The notes beneath the pieces were generated by a model, which saw nothing but the letters and a program-made list of their open reading frames with translations, had not been told where the DNA came from and did no database searches. This document shows positions 1 to 14,508 of a stretch of 64,000 bases of DNA, in pieces. The DNA is from Veleropilina oligotropha. Lineage: Eukaryota. The stretch covers positions 744,001 to 808,000 of the forward strand of contig JBEUKZ010000010.1 of assembly GCA_048128005.1 (NCBI GenBank), in the 5' to 3' direction. How positions within the stretch are numbered: position 1 is the stretch's first letter; each line of letters starts with the position of its first letter. A program made the translations under genes and the position numbers.

Positions 1-1360
1 CAATCCACTAAAACTACGGAGTGATCGAGGCTTGCGATCTGACAGCATGCGTGATGCGTTAGTGGTGTAATGTATTTTAAATGCACTGCATAACCGGATT
101 TGGACACTCCATGTTGGCAGTCGGTTTAATGCAGAAAATCTGTCAAAAATGTTTTAAGACGGACCTTAGCATTTAGAGTGATCGATTTCTTTGAGCGACA
201 AGACATGAACAGTGGATCATCGGAAGGTGGGCTGCATATGCTAATGAAATTTTCCTTTTGAGCACTCAATAAAATGCATTCTTCATTGAATGGGATCTCC
301 TAATAATTATAGTGGTATCAATAATCAATAGTTATGAAAGTAAATGTGCATTAGTAGAGTACGTACCAAAAGGAGATTTTTGACTATTGTCCTTTTTGTT
401 TTCAATCAACGGCAGCTAGTTTATGACAATGTGAAAAACAAAGTGAAGCCACCATGACTGCAATGCATGGTTTACTTGATACTCAGTAATGAACTTACTT
501 AATTAAATCAATTTTCATCTTTGAAAATAGAGACCTATATAAGTGGAAGATTTTGCTTCATGTTCGGTGTTACTGGATTCTTAGTTACAGTTGTGAAGAA
601 ATGTAAAATAAATTGTACAAATTTGCAATCGGTATTCATTCTAACTTTAAACTATTAAATAATTGAACAAAAATTGAAATTGCATGCATGCACAATATTA
701 TACACTATTTGTTATACACTATTTACAGTACAAGCATATGTATATTATGTAAGTTCGCACCAGACTTTTTAGATATTATCAGCTTTTCTGCATCTCAAGG
801 AAGTGAACCTAACAGAAAAGGAAATCAGCACTTGCACATACATCTGTGATTCTCGTAAAATATTGTCGGTTACATCAACAGACATAATGTTGTTATGAAC
901 GTGCAAACTCTGCGAACAAACCAGATGCCAAAGTTAGTGTACAGATCTCGGATTGAATATCTTGTCATGTGTAAATATAGAAGGTGTCTGTCATTACACA
1001 GTCTAGAATTTTGAAGATATGTAATTTTAGGTTTTACTGGGGTGTGTGTTTGTTTTTCAATGCACTGCTGTGACTGCTATAGGATCAAGAAAGGATAATG
1101 TTTATGCATTTGTACCTTCCAATGAGATCAGTGCTGCTATAGTTGTGCATACTCTTTGGGTGAATGATAATGACTAGATAATAATGCATTCCTTACATCG
1201 CCTTCAAACACTGAAATTGTCACATATTACATATCAAAATGGCTAGTTCCGATTAGACCTGTTTTGAATCAGTCATTGCCTTGCATGCACATATAGTTGA
1301 TCAACGTTGAAAATGATGGAGTGACTGTAGCTGAATCAGTTTCACCAGCAACTCGTGCTG

Positions 1361-1498
1361 AGCGAACTGCTTGGATTGAAATGGATCGATGCTTAGTGTC
1401 TTGTATAGCGAACTGCTTGGATTGAAATGGATCGATGCTTAGTGTCCTGTATAGCGAACTGCTTGGATTGAAATGGATCGATGCTTAGTGTCCTGTAT
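1361..1498. repeat. 3 x 46 bp tandem duplication spanning a SINE tail/flank junction
   Basis: AGCGAACTGCTTGGATTGAAATGGATCGATGCTTAGTGTCYTGTAT at 1361, 1407 and 1453. Confidence 0.9.
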
Positions 1499-2712
1499 AT
1501 TTACAACCATCAGGATCAAAGCACAGCTAGGACATGTCTGGATGATATTATCACGAGAGTAAAGTCTGGCGCCCGGGAAACCCACCCTCTCCGACCAGTT
1601 ACGGACAACTGTGATTCATTATAACAGAGCTGTTAATGCCAATGTCCCAACCGAGATTCGAACCCACTACTGGTGGTGTCAGCAGAATCAAGCCAGTGAC
1701 AGTCGGAACGGCCTTCATTGCTCGGATGGTGGTATGGGTATGAGTCAAAGCTCCCTCGGTCATGTCAGATATGATAACCCATAATAGGTGGGGACAGGTG
1801 GGTGTCGGGAATTATTCTGACCTAATTTCATCCATGACAGTATGGGCATAATGTAACATGCAAATGCAAATAACTTCCCTGGTTTCGGATTTTTTCGCTG
1901 GAGGTTCCATCTCAATTCCCGCTAGGAGTTTTACAACTGAGTAAGCCAAGGCAAGAATGCATAAGCCAAGGCAAGAATGCGATGTTCCTCACCCAAAGGA
2001 AATCGCCATGATCAGTGGTGGAACCCGAATATTTGTAACAAGAAGCTGTACTCTCCCTCTGTTAAAGCTAGAACAGCTAGCACAATTGTCCCAATATCAT
2101 AACTTTGAATGTTTAGCTGAAAAAGTCAACTCCCATTGAAATCAAGTCATGTTACGTGCATGCGTGAAAAAATTCACAAGTACAGGTGAATCTACCAGTA
2201 TATGCTTGGGTCAAAGGTTAATGCACCGACTTTAGTACGACTCTATCAAAGTAAGTAAGTCAGTGCATATTATCAGTAAAGAATCTAACGTGGCTAATAT
2301 TCATGTCATGTACGTTTAATGATCCATCATAACTTTATCTTCAGATAAATGATAGTTTTTAGATTTTTCTGTTTATGCTTTTGCTATTAAATGCTATTTG
2401 CGATACTTTTTTGCACATAGGAAAACTTACTGCATGTTATATCATTTAATAGCTAAGTTTTATAATGAGATTGAGTCAGAGAGAATTAATCGCCATGAAC
2501 TGATCCAAGATCATAGATGAAGTTTTTAGAACCTAATGTGAACTGACATTTGGATATGTATAATCCTTGCACATGTCTTCAGCAGTCATGATCGGGTTGC
2601 GGGACTTGCGACTGTAGTTATTTATATTGGCAATGACACTATGCCTATGACCATCTCATGGTTTCTCATATAAAACGAACATGGCGATCATTATAAGGAT
2701 CTTCTACTTCAG

Positions 2713-2873
2713 CCACAATGACTGCGTGTCGTCGCGGGATGATCCTCGTGAGGACCCAGATTATATCCAGCCTCCAAAGCCGCGGACCGTGGAGCTTTTC
2801 CGGGATCCACTTAAAGGGTTCGGCTTTGTGGCAGGAAGCGAAAAGCCGGTTATTGTGCGGTTTGTCACTGACG
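2713..2873 (+). CDS. FRMPD4: FRMPD4-like exon A: end of WW domain and start of PDZ domain (internal exon, phase 2 to 1)
   Basis: ttcag|C CAC AAT...GAC G|gtaagt. Peptide HNDCVSSRDDPR...PRTVELFRDPLKGFGFVAGSEKPVIVRFVTD resembles FRMPD4 'DDPR...GFGFVAGSEKPVVVR' (recalled, not searched). Confidence 0.92.
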
Positions 2874-4614
2874 GTAAGTCAGTCAGGGAATGGTTGTCAA
2901 CCGTTGTTCAATTAAATAATAGCATCATAGGGATTTTTCTGAAAACCTGGTCCCAAGATGAATTAGAGAAATTTTGTTGTAACGTCTGGGAGAATCATAA
3001 AAATGAGACTAACGTATCGATTCACAACAAAAACATCAAACATAATTAGAAGACGAGTACAAATTATTATGAAGTGTTTTTATAATTTCAAAGTTACGAA
3101 ATATACATTGGAACGTTGATCATAATAATTGCTAAAATATTGACAAAATAATGCAAGTGAAATTATTAAAGAATCATTGTTAATTGGATTGAACTGATGC
3201 TTAATGTCTTGTATACAACCTTTAGGCTCAAGGCACGACATGTCCATATTATCACTGGAGGAAAGCCGGGTTACGAACAACTGCGATTAATAACTGAACA
3301 ACGAATGCTGGATGCCCCAACCGAGACTTGAACCCACTCCTGTTAGCTACAGCGCAATGGAGCCAGTGATTTCAGAGTCAGCATTTGATGACACACGACT
3401 ACCGTGGCAGCCTGACTATTAATTAATTTTAATATAAGATATGCAACATATATATATGACATCTCAAATTTAATGTTGAATATTTTTTGCATTAATTAAC
3501 CTAATTAGAATTTTGAAATCTTTATGCTGAAATATTGACTTGAAACATCGTGGATCTCATCCATCGTTGCGTGTTTATGCGTACACTGTCTGGCGGTGTT
3601 GCGATAACCGCGGGATGATTAGTTCTTCCGCTTGATTTACCTGCTCAACACGGAGAGAATGAGAGATGACGGGCGGCGATTATACGCTGCCTGTCTCCGA
3701 ACAATCTTTATTTATGATCCCGATGAAATGGAAATTGATGCAGCGAGCACAAATTAGTTACTTTATAACGATAATGTCTGCGCTCAGAATTGGTAGTCGT
3801 GCATAACGAAGGAAGCAAAGAGATGCCACCGAAAATGAATCTCCTTATGCAATAAGTGGGTAAACGTGTGAGGATATTTGTAAAGTTTATAATTAGCTGC
3901 TAGTAGTAATTATTCAGGTTTTGTTTGATCATCAAAAAGCAAACATTATATGATGCATCATACGACATTATGCAAATTATGTCAAGTATGCAAAATGAAA
4001 TCTGTCGTCTGCAATGTGAGATAAATGCATCCAAATTTACAACTATGATAACAGGACCATTACTGTGCTGCAATATTTTGTGATGCATAAAATTATCGTT
4101 GATAAATTGTTTTGAAATTAAATACAGCCGAATTGTGCTGTAAGAACTTAAATCAGTCTTAATTTACGTTTTGAATTTAAATAGAGCCGAATTGTGCTAT
4201 ATATAAACACATAAATCAGACCTAATTCACTTTGCAACATATTGCGGTCGATTAGATTATTAAGAATGTTGTTAAAACATTGAGTACTTTTGTGGCTACA
4301 TTTTTGTATTTGAACATATTTTATTCCAATAAGGATGGGATTGGGTAAAAAGTTTGTTTTAACTTGTCTGTGTACATTAACCCCTATGTATTTCCATGAA
4401 GACACGTAAATATGTGTGAAAACTAATGCCAATTTGTTTTATTTAAATTTTTCACAGTCATATAAAAGTTCAATTAAAATGTTCACATAAGTTTTAAAGT
4501 ATGCATGCACCCTGGATTTTTGTCCCTAAGAGCCAAGTTTGTCTATTCTCAATTAATTTTATTGTATACCCTGTCCCCATGCATCGATCAATTTAAATTG
4601 CCCCGTAGCTCTGA

Positions 4615-4833
<219 letters not shown>

Positions 4834-6655
4834 TAAGATCGGTGCAGAGTGCAGGCTATTATCCATGATGAATGTCCATGTAGCGTCGGTAATGACGTGG
4901 AAATATTGAGAGTCATTGGCGCAATGTTGTCAGTGTCAATTTTTGTGCAAATGTCATTTGTATCTGGAGGATTATACGTGACCAGAGTGCAAGCAGATTT
5001 TGATGCAGTATAAATATTAGCGTTGAAATCACATGTGCATATATATTTGGTAATATACCATGCATAAACCGAATTCAAATGAGTAATTTGCTTTAGGGCC
5101 TTATTTAAATTATTGGATATCTTTTCTAAAATTTATTAAATTATTTAAAAAAAATTGACTGATTGACACCTTAACTTAACTAAAGAACCCCAATAGTGGA
5201 ATGAACATTGAATTTAACGAATCTCGCTATCTAAATGATCTTCCGAAACGTCAATGTACAAGACCAATTATGAAACAATTTATTCTTTTACGATTCTTGT
5301 CATCAAATTGGATTCATTCCACTAGATATTACCACTTGTCATAAGAAGTCTACGAGGGTCATCATTTCTAAACGGTTTTGATTACAAATTCATAATTGCT
5401 AACAATATCAACATGTGATCCATTAGATAGAAGGCAATTGATTATAAAACATTTAAAACTATTTATAAACAACGTTATCAGCATTTCTCAATTTAATGGT
5501 AAATTAGTTTTGAAATTATCTTCCCTATATCAATCCGTGTTATTTTATCATCTAACGTGATAATAATTAATTATTTGACGCTTTTCTTGCTCCGTGTTCT
5601 GGGTTTAATGTGCATTGCCATTCTGTTTGCTTACGTTTCGTTATCAGAGTCATCATTTACTTTTTCAATTGTTCCGATACTAATTTCCGTGTCAATCATC
5701 TGCATTCTTTGACAATGATAATCCATTTGACGAGGAGTGCATTTTCTGTGTGAGATAAATTTCATTATAAACTGCACTATCCATGTTGACATGGAGATAG
5801 TAAATCGATAATAATCTAAACACGATATCACTGAAATATTGTCAACATTGTTATAAAATAGTAGACGTTTGAATCCATGTTGAATTGATTATGTCAGATA
5901 TTTATGGACATGTTCTTTCACGATCAAGCTGATGAAACAACTGTAATATGTTATTGAAAAATTGTTAAAGTGGTCATAAAACATGGCAGGCAATCAATAA
6001 ATGTTGATATTGTTCAGTCTTGCTTGCTGTGAGACACCATTGACCAATGTATCTGAAATCCGGAGGTGGTTTGATGATATCTGATGAGAGGCAAAGCATT
6101 TCATAGTATCTCAGTATTGCATGACATTTCCATTAAAATGCCTTTAAATTTGCATTAATATATTCCCATAATCTGTTAAAAATAGTCAACCTTAAAAATT
6201 TCCATTAATTTTGTTTAAGAAAAACTTATATGATTCTTTGATTAATCGTTAAATGTTACTGATAAATGGGTTAAACTACTTAAAGTAATAGACTTTTTGC
6301 TCGTTCGATTTAATATTCTGTTAAATTTTGTATGAATGTTAAGGCAATTCGATTCATTCACTACTGTACTTTTTATGGCAGTTTAAGAAAACATTCTGCA
6401 TTAAGTAGAAGACAATATTGTCATCCATTTCCCCATGAAAGCTTTTGATTTTCATTGCATTTTAAAATGTGATGTAATGTTGAATGTGTCATCAAGCAAT
6501 GTCCCTAAATATGTAGAGAGATGTACACACTGGATATAATATCATAGATGCATAGAATCTGTCTACATCTGGGCTCATATGTTTATGTTAAGTGAAAACT
6601 GTGATTTAAGGGATTAGTGAATCATATTTGCTTAAACAATGATTTTGTTTTTCAG

Positions 6656-6707
6656 AGCATGTCGGCATAACATCACAGTGACTGTCTGTCAGCCTTATTT
6701 AGATAAT
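6656..6707 (+). CDS. FRMPD4: FRMPD4-like exon C (PDZ end)
   Basis: tttcag|A GCA TGT...GAT AAT|gtgagt. Peptide ACRHNITVTVCQPYLDN; phases consistent. Confidence 0.88.
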
Positions 6708-8567
6708 GTGAGTATATTAATGAATATATGACACATTGGGATGATTCGGCGTTGTGGAATAACCATTTCTGTGGTACAATTGAGAATGAAGAAATGAGCT
6801 GATGAGAGATCGTGTTGTTTCAGCCCGCTTCTCTGTCTTTGATTCATTGATTACTGTGCCTGTATTGTATACCCTAACTCACATTCGCTAGATATTAAAG
6901 CTGTCATCTCACAATTGAAATGGGACAATTTGAATTATAGACTGAAATCCATGTTAAATTATTACCAAATTTAAGTAGTACTGACCGATCGATACTAGTT
7001 AATGTTAGATACACAAGATGTTTGGTTTGATTCTTCATCGTTAAGTTTCACGCTATTAATATATTCATCTGTCCCGTTCTGGATGAATGAGTTTACTTGA
7101 TTTATGTGACAGAATAATATTTTGCACTGTGTATATGCTTCTGAGAACGGCAGCCGGGGGATAGTAATCAAGCGGGCTGTCACAGAAAACAGGAACGGAT
7201 ACGAGAATAGATTGAAAACTGTCGTAAATACCATCGTAACAACGTTATTATTAACAAGTTTTTTCACAAGGATGCCGAGGAGTATTCTTTAGCGGCTCTG
7301 TCTCAGAGGGGACATTCAAAGCAGTGCCCCGAGTAGAAATCAGCATTTCCCATTAAGCCTTCAAATTGATCATGAATGTGGAGATACGGGAATTTAACAT
7401 CAGCCAGATTAGTAAGAGTGGATTGCAATGAAAAATAGTAATGAGAATGTTAATATACAGTAGAGTAGTTGAGAGGAAATGTGCTATTTTGTTACTTGTG
7501 TGAGATCTTACTCTTAAGTCTATACTAGTATCAATATAGGGTATATTCATGTTTTGATTAATGGTCTTACAATATTCTGTGAAGCAGGGAAATTAATGAA
7601 AAGGGGATTATGGTAATGAAGTCATAAATGTTGTATTGTAACATTGCATACATAGCATAGGTACCTATAATATTGATAATAAATAACACATATGAACTTC
7701 TATCTGATCACACAGAGACGACCTATGGTCGAACCACAGGTATGATGGGAATTCAAAATCGGTTTACTCGTTTAATGCTGAAAAATTCTTAAATGTTCCT
7801 TCCATTCATTACTCAGATCACCCATCTCCAATTATTATTTTTCTTTCTGGAATGACGTAAATATGTTAACTTCAGAATTCTAATGAAGATTAGATTAGTT
7901 ATTTCAGCACCAATGGCTATCGGTCATAGGCTAATTGAACATGCCTAGCAAACAATGCCTTAAAGCCATATGATACCATGGCCACTTGTAATATTTGTCT
8001 CAGTTTCGATTCTTTGTCGTAACTAAATAAACGATGATTATTTTCAGTACTCCAACATATGAACTTTCTGCGTTAATGTACAGATAAGATAATATATATT
8101 ACACGTATCCCAAATAAAGATGCTATAAAGAAATTAACGATAATCGGATCACATATCCTTTCCTATCACGTGGTGCAAAAATGGGAAGTGCACTTATAAC
8201 AGCTAGATGGCGTGGATATTGGGTTAATCAACTATTTCACCCTACCATCTTTTTTTAATGTGCGCTGCATGCATATGTTGTCCCTGACCTCTGTGGTTGT
8301 CTCATTGCTCATGTTGGATGCGAGCTTGACATTTTAACAGTATCTTGAGGATAATCCATTGATTGGCTATAATGACCAGCTGAAGTGGTGCTAATTCACC
8401 GCCGGCAGGTGAATAAAGGCGAGCAGTAGCGGGATAGAACTCGATTGAGCACGTCTGATTGCCATTGATTGGACGTATGTTTAACGACCAGTTCAACAAG
8501 TTTTCTGTCATAATCTTTTCGATTCAATTTGTACGATTGCATGACGTGACACGTTTCTCATTTTCAG

Positions 8568-8681
8568 ACATCTAGGAAATCTGCTCTTCTCACAGCTGCT
8601 AAGAAAGCCCGGTTAAAAAGCAAGCCGTCTCGTGTCCGGTTCTCTGAGTCGGTTATCGTCAATGGTGCCACAGTTCTAACT
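8568..8681 (+). CDS. FRMPD4: FRMPD4-like exon D (PDZ-FERM linker)
   Basis: tttcag|ACA...ACT|gtaagt. Peptide [38 protein letters not shown], with the family '[15 protein letters not shown]' motif. Confidence 0.92.
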
Positions 8682-9685
8682 GTAAGTCAATTAGCAGCCC
8701 CTGAGTGGCAATAGAACTATGTTATCGGTATTATTATGTAATGTTAATCCCATGATGTCAGATGCCTTGAGTCTGCTCAGGGTATTTCCATGGATTAATG
8801 GTGAGATTGAAATTTAAGTTTCCTATTGAATGGAAAGATTAGAACTATTTAACAATAACGCCCAGTGTTTAAAATAGTGCCATAAAATATTTCTTAATAT
8901 AATTATTTAGAACCTGTGAATGAGTTTGGAACTTCCCCTCCCCTATCCGTAGTACGACATCATATTTGAGAGTTTATCAATTTTTTACCATGTTCACATG
9001 GCGGCATGGTCTAAAATTGACCATTTATCAAATAATTACGTCAAAAATTGCATGAGAAATCGCTAGCATATATAGTGACTGCAAGTAGGTGGCCGAGTGG
9101 GTAAAAGCGCTGCTCCCAATTCATTTGGACTGACTGCTCTGCCTCGCCGCAGTGAGTTGGTATTCTCGGCTTGGAGATTTTGTGGAATTAACAGTCACTC
9201 TGTTGTCCATTACTGACCAGGGAAAGTGAGCTTCACCGGATAATCCGAGCATATGGACATATTTCAATATGACAATTGGTGTTAAAAGGTACAATAAACA
9301 TGAGTATACATATTGGAATACTCAGCTAGTGTTTCCATGTAGTTGAGTATACATTTATTAAAGGGGTTAAAACTGACAACATTCGCTTCAAGACATGCTT
9401 ATGATGATGCAACATTGATATGAATTTCGCTAGAACCACTTTTCATCAAATGGCTAGTTCACAAGATCCTCTGAGAATCATTTGAAAAAAGGATGTATAA
9501 TGATAACAAATTATAAGCTCTGGTGACAGCTATCGAAACGTATTGGTGAGTCATAGGACATGTACCAGGCTGAATGGATAGAGATCTTCACTATTACATG
9601 AGTGACAAATTGTAATATTAGTGCTTCAAACTTTGCCCTACAATGTTCAATGATGATATTTTCATGTTATTGTTTCTTGTTACAG

Positions 9686-9793
9686 CCGTCCACTCAAGAG
9701 AGTTATGTGCCTTTAATGCCCAATGTGCTCAAGGTGTTCCTCGAGAATGGTCAAACAAAGTCTTTCAAATACGACAATAAAACTACAGTCAAG
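9686..9793 (+). CDS. FRMPD4: FRMPD4-like exon E (FERM F1 start)
   Basis: ttacag|CCG...AAG|gtaggt. Peptide PSTQESYVPLMPNVLKVFLENGQTKSFKYDNKTTVK. Confidence 0.93.
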
Positions 9794-9799
9794 GTAGGT

Positions 9800-10126
9800 A
9801 CTATTGATCGAGAGGTTTGGGGTTCAATCCCGATCACGGCAGATTCTCTTTGGCAAAGATTAAGCATATCTATGTGCCTCGGTTTTCACCGAGCCGATCT
9901 GATATCTAAGTGGGTACATGTACCTGGTTGGCAGTGAAGGAAATTGTCAGTATGACTATAGTCTGATGCGCCGAAAAAATGACAGCATGGTTTTTGTAAT
10001 CTCAGAGAGAGTTGAGATGGAATTTCAAATAGAACAGGCTGGTAACCAGGGAATAATAATGATGTAGCGCTTTGAGCAAGCATTCGTGCATGAAAATGCA
10101 CAATATAAGTGCATGTATTATTAGTA
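9800..10126 (+). mobile_element. Second SINE type (tRNA head remnant, Nin/Deu-like core, LINE-like tail)
   Basis: GGTTCAATCCC B-box, TGGGTAC..TACCTGG, GAGTTGAGATGG, tail AGCGCTTTGAG...TATAAG..TATTATT. Family assignment is from memory. Confidence 0.5.
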
Positions 10127-11341
10127 TCAAATGTCATCTCGTTAATTAGTTTTAAGTATTAGAATAAGACTTAAATGACCACAAGATTTGAACTTGCTTC
10201 CTAACATTGATTATCCCAGTTCTGAATTCATCATGATTACCATGCCCTTAGTCTTTAACTATTCTTATGAGAAGATGACCATCTAAAATGACAGATAATT
10301 TGAATTGTTGTAAGCTCACACAAATTGACGGCAATCCAGTTGTCTGATCATTTAACAGAGGTATTACATTTATTTATATGCCAAAGTGACAAAGTCATTG
10401 TAAGTTTGTTTCATAATGGTCCTAATATGCTTCCGTATGCAAACGCAGTTATGCACAGACATGTTGATAATGAAAACTTCGACTGCGTGACACATACAGT
10501 GATATCTTTATTTTCCAAGGATATCAACTGTTATTCGGAAGTAATTACTTTGCTTGTTTGGCATCTCAAAGCAACCACTTCTTATATTTCCAACGACATA
10601 TGTCTGATTTAGAAGATTCGGCTTTGTGTCTGGTTTGGCACGAAACTGACTAATTTACCACTGCCAATTCACAAGGTCCGCCATACTGTAATGACGTATA
10701 TATTGATCCTAGTTAACTCACTGGCTCGGACGTTCTGATTGAGTTGTGGAAGACGAATGGTCCGCTGTGGACACCAATTCAATAATCACGGACACCTTGA
10801 TTTAGAGACACCTCCTGAGAAGCTGTACCATAATTTAATAGCCATGGACACTTACATTAAATCGACACCGAGATTTTCTTGGTTAAAATTTATGGACGAC
10901 AACTGTTGCCAAGTGAAGTCGACTGATTGTTACAAGTCAGGAGAAAAATGCGATTTAAATTTCATATGTTGTAACGCAATATGCGACTGTCCAGTAAACC
11001 GATGACCTGTAAGGTCGTCTTCGTCCGAACTGGCCATCGCTGGCGCCAAGACTGTCCATATTAATGCTGAATGCAATCTATCCCCTTTGTTGAAGGACCT
11101 TCATGATGCCCGAAGAATCATTGTAAATCTATATTCATAGAGAGCTGTCAAGATCTAATGTAATTGGAATGCGAGTGCATACAAGTATTGCATTATTAAC
11201 TTGGATATTAACCAAGAAATAAATGGCTAGTACAATCAGACAGCAGACCGCGAAGTTATGATATTGGGTTGGTCAGTTGCGGTAGTCAATATAAAATTGT
11301 TACACTTTATTGAGATCAGTTTGCACACATGCATGTTGTCA

Positions 11342-12895
11342 TTTTTATACGCCTGTTTACGGGACGTATTATGTTTTCACCCACGTTGGGTGGCAATGGC
11401 AGGCGGATAGAAGTTGTCCGCTCAATAACTGGAGTAATTTTCATCCTATCTTGACCAAACTTGGTAAAGATGTTTGTAGTGATAATATCTAGGTCAACTT
11501 CGACAGCCAGTGTCATCTAACCTTTAGAATTACAGTTATGACACTTGAAATATTCAAAATTAACATGATACAGTGTCCTCTCAATAAATCTCGAAATTTT
11601 ATTCATTTATCACCAATCTTGGTAAAGATGCTTGTAGCGATAATATCTAGGTCAAGTTCGACAGCCAGCGTCATCGGACCTTTAGAACTAGAGTTATGGC
11701 CCTTGAAATATTCAAAATTGACATAATACACAGTGTCCCCTCAATAAATCAAGCAATTTTTATTCATTTATCACCAAACTTGGTAAAGATGCTTGGAGCG
11801 ATAATATCTAGGTCAAGTTCGATAGCCAGTGTCATCGGACCGTTAGAACTAGAGTTATGGCCCTTGAATTATGTAAAATTTACATGTTCGCTCGATAACT
11901 CGAGCAATTCGTATTCATTCTTCACCAAACTTGGTAAAGATGATTGTAGCGATAATATCTAGGTCAAGTTTGATAGCCAGCGTCATCGGACCATTAGAAC
12001 TAGAGTTATGGTCCTTGAATTATGTAAATTTGACATACATGTCCGCTCGATAACGCGAGCAGTTTTCCTTTATTCTTCACCAAACTTGGAAAGTTGTTTG
12101 TACCGATAATATCTAGGTCAAGTTCGATAGACAATGTCATCGGACCGTTAGAACCAGAGTTGTGCCCCTTGAAATATTCAAAATTGACATAATTCACAGT
12201 GTCCACTCGATAACTTGAGCAATTTGTATTCATTCTTCACCAAACATGGTAAAGATGTTTGTAGCGATAATATCTAGGTAAAGTTCGATAGCCAGAGTTA
12301 TCCCCCTTGAAATATAACTGAGAAGTTTGAATATGCCTTGAAGTATTGAGCATTATGAATTAACATTCTTTCTTTGATTACAAATAGAATTTTGGAGGAC
12401 TAAGTTTTTTTGTTTTGTATACTTATATAAATATTATGTGTATACAATGGTAAATGACATGTGCTTATTTGTAAGATTTGCTCACTGCCAATAGGCACAG
12501 TAAGCTGTTAAGCTTAATGGTGACATCTGTGAAGCTATTTCAAAATAGGAAATTAAACGGATTTTGAAAAATGCCTTCCCATTGGTTAATTCCAATGGTA
12601 TCTTGAAATGGCAGTATATGTTGCCATTATACAAGAGCAGACTGTATTCAGTGTCTAATGTCACTCTGGTCAATTGGTTGGGGTTCAAATTATCAGGTAA
12701 TAAGGTTCTTGAATTATGTAAATTATGCAAAATAGACTTTCTACAGAGTCTGATTGACGATTCAAGCAAATTTCATCCATCATTCTTCACATTTGTTCAT
12801 GTGAAAATACTTCATTATTTTGCAAACAATTTGCTCGTGACTTCAATAGAACATTGAGACGGCCGTATATTGTGACCCAGCTGGCACTCTTGTTA
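11342..12895 (+). mobile_element. Helentron-associated non-autonomous element (HINE/DINE-1-like) with six 151-161 bp internal tandem repeats
   Basis: Starts TTTTTATACGCC..GGACGTAT; ends with GGCCGTATA, a short hairpin and CTTGTT; repeat core ATAATATCTAGGTCAAGTT. Confidence 0.72.
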
Positions 12896-13098
12896 TAATT
12901 TTTCGTTTGTTATAATTTTACAGTTTCATTATGGAGATAAATGTTTTATCAATTAAATTATATGCCAAAAAATTCGAAAAGATTACCTTAAATATGACTG
13001 CCACTGGTAGTCGACTGTATTGGTAGTCAAGTAGATAGGATTGCTGAATCTAAAATTATGTTCAACAGCAGTGGGTTGTAATCTTCAACCGGGCAGTC

Positions 13099-14001
13099 TT
13101 TTTTAAGTCTTGACCTTTTTGTAAAAAAGGACAAGACATTATCAAATGGTTCATGTGTATATATATATCCGTCGATTTATTTGAAAACTACCAGCTCAAT
13201 TTTCACCAAAATTGGTACACACATTAATTCCCACGGATAGTTGTAGGTCGTGTATATGTTACCGTCAATCAGCTAAACCAGTCGTTTTGCCATATTCCTG
13301 AAAATTTCAGTCATTTAGACAAACGACCGTGGCCATCAAGCATTTAGCCAAATGACTAAAATCCCAAGCCATTTGGGTGAGATGAATGGTTTTGATTTGA
13401 CTACATGCCTGCATCCTTTTTCAGGCAATTAGTCAAATCTGAGACCGCCAGACATTTCGCCAATAGATTTCCTGCACCAATTTCGGACAACTGATCAAAA
13501 TCTTCATTAGTGTGAGTTTAGCAAATTAACTTGAGCATAGTGACATTATTTCTATCTTGCTTTCGTTTTTGATAAACATCACAATCGATGGTGAATTCAT
13601 GAACTACTCTGCAAACTTTTTATGGCAGTGAAGATGCGCCCATGGCGGGCGACATCGCTGGGCACAAACGCCAAACAAGATGCATTTAATTTTCTTAAAC
13701 AGGGTATGAATTATGAATTGGACACAGTTTTGTTTCTTGCTATGATTGTAGTCACAAGTCCTTACACATTCGCCACGGACAACATTTTTACGATTTTAAC
13801 AGCATCGTTCCATTGAAGTAGATAATAATATTGTATATAGTCTACCTGTCGGAATATCTTTAATTTACTGTATCCATTACATTCGCCACATGTGGGCCCT
13901 AATTTATTCCGATAACCATTTTTTCCACTGTTCTGAAAATTTTACGGAAATATAGAAAAGGTCAAGACATATTTCGAACGCATCGATCTAGAATGTTAGT
14001 T
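13099..14001 (+). mobile_element. HINE-like element inserted in a SINE
   Basis: 5' GTCTTGACCTTTTT..AAAAAGGACAAGAC hairpin, (TA)n, 3' complementary AAAAGGTCAAGAC; T-run insertion site. Confidence 0.6.
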
Positions 14002-14097
14002 TATAACGGTCACCGTTGTCAATAACCGGGCTTTCCTCCCGTGATAATGTGAACATGTCCCGATATGAACCTGAAGGTTGGTAAAGGGGGACATTAA

Positions 14098-14326
14098 CCC
14101 ATTCACCGCCATAATGTCACAAACCCATATAATGTAATAGACAAAGTGCGAAAATATGTCTGTAACATATCTGCATATAATCCTGTTTGATGGCATATGT
14201 GTCTAGCTTCAATCCTGGATGAAACATTTGCCATATATATTGGTATTCCAACAGCTTAGCCTTTTAAGTTGTGTTATCAATATCATAGTACACTGTATTA
14301 CCCAAAAATATTTGGCAGGAAAAGGG
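14098..14326. mobile_element. piggyBac-type MITE
   Basis: TTAA on both sides; imperfect TIR CCCATTCACCGCCA / TGGCAGGAAAAGGG; splits the SINE tail GGACATTAA|GCATCGATCC. Confidence 0.75.
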
Positions 14327-14376
14327 TTAAGCATCGATCCAAACCAATTTACTTTTGAATGTTTGTCCTTTTGCAG

Positions 14377-14508
14377 GATGTGGTGAACTCACTACAGCTG
14401 AAGCTGAACATCACCTGTATCGACCACTTTTCTCTGGTGCTGCTAAATGCAAAGAGCTACATTCACAGTAAAATGGACATACTTCAGGAACACTCCACCC
14501 TGGCCGAG
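14377..14508 (+). CDS. FRMPD4: FRMPD4-like exon F (FERM F1)
   Basis: ttgcag|GAT...GCC GAG|gtacgt. Peptide DVVNSLQLKLNITCIDHFSLVLLNAKSYIHSKMDILQEHSTLAE; 132 bp, phase 0. Confidence 0.92.

Noticed and set aside
205..232. ATG AAC AGT...GAA G|gtgggc as first exon of the gene
   Set aside because: Weak donor, phase 1 does not fit exon A (needs phase 2), and no WW sequence.
9085..9190. tRNA gene
   Set aside because: A-box present but no cloverleaf; it continues into the SINE core.
10739..11005. Cys-rich 88 aa ORF
   Set aside because: Non-ATG start, no recognisable family, no splice support.
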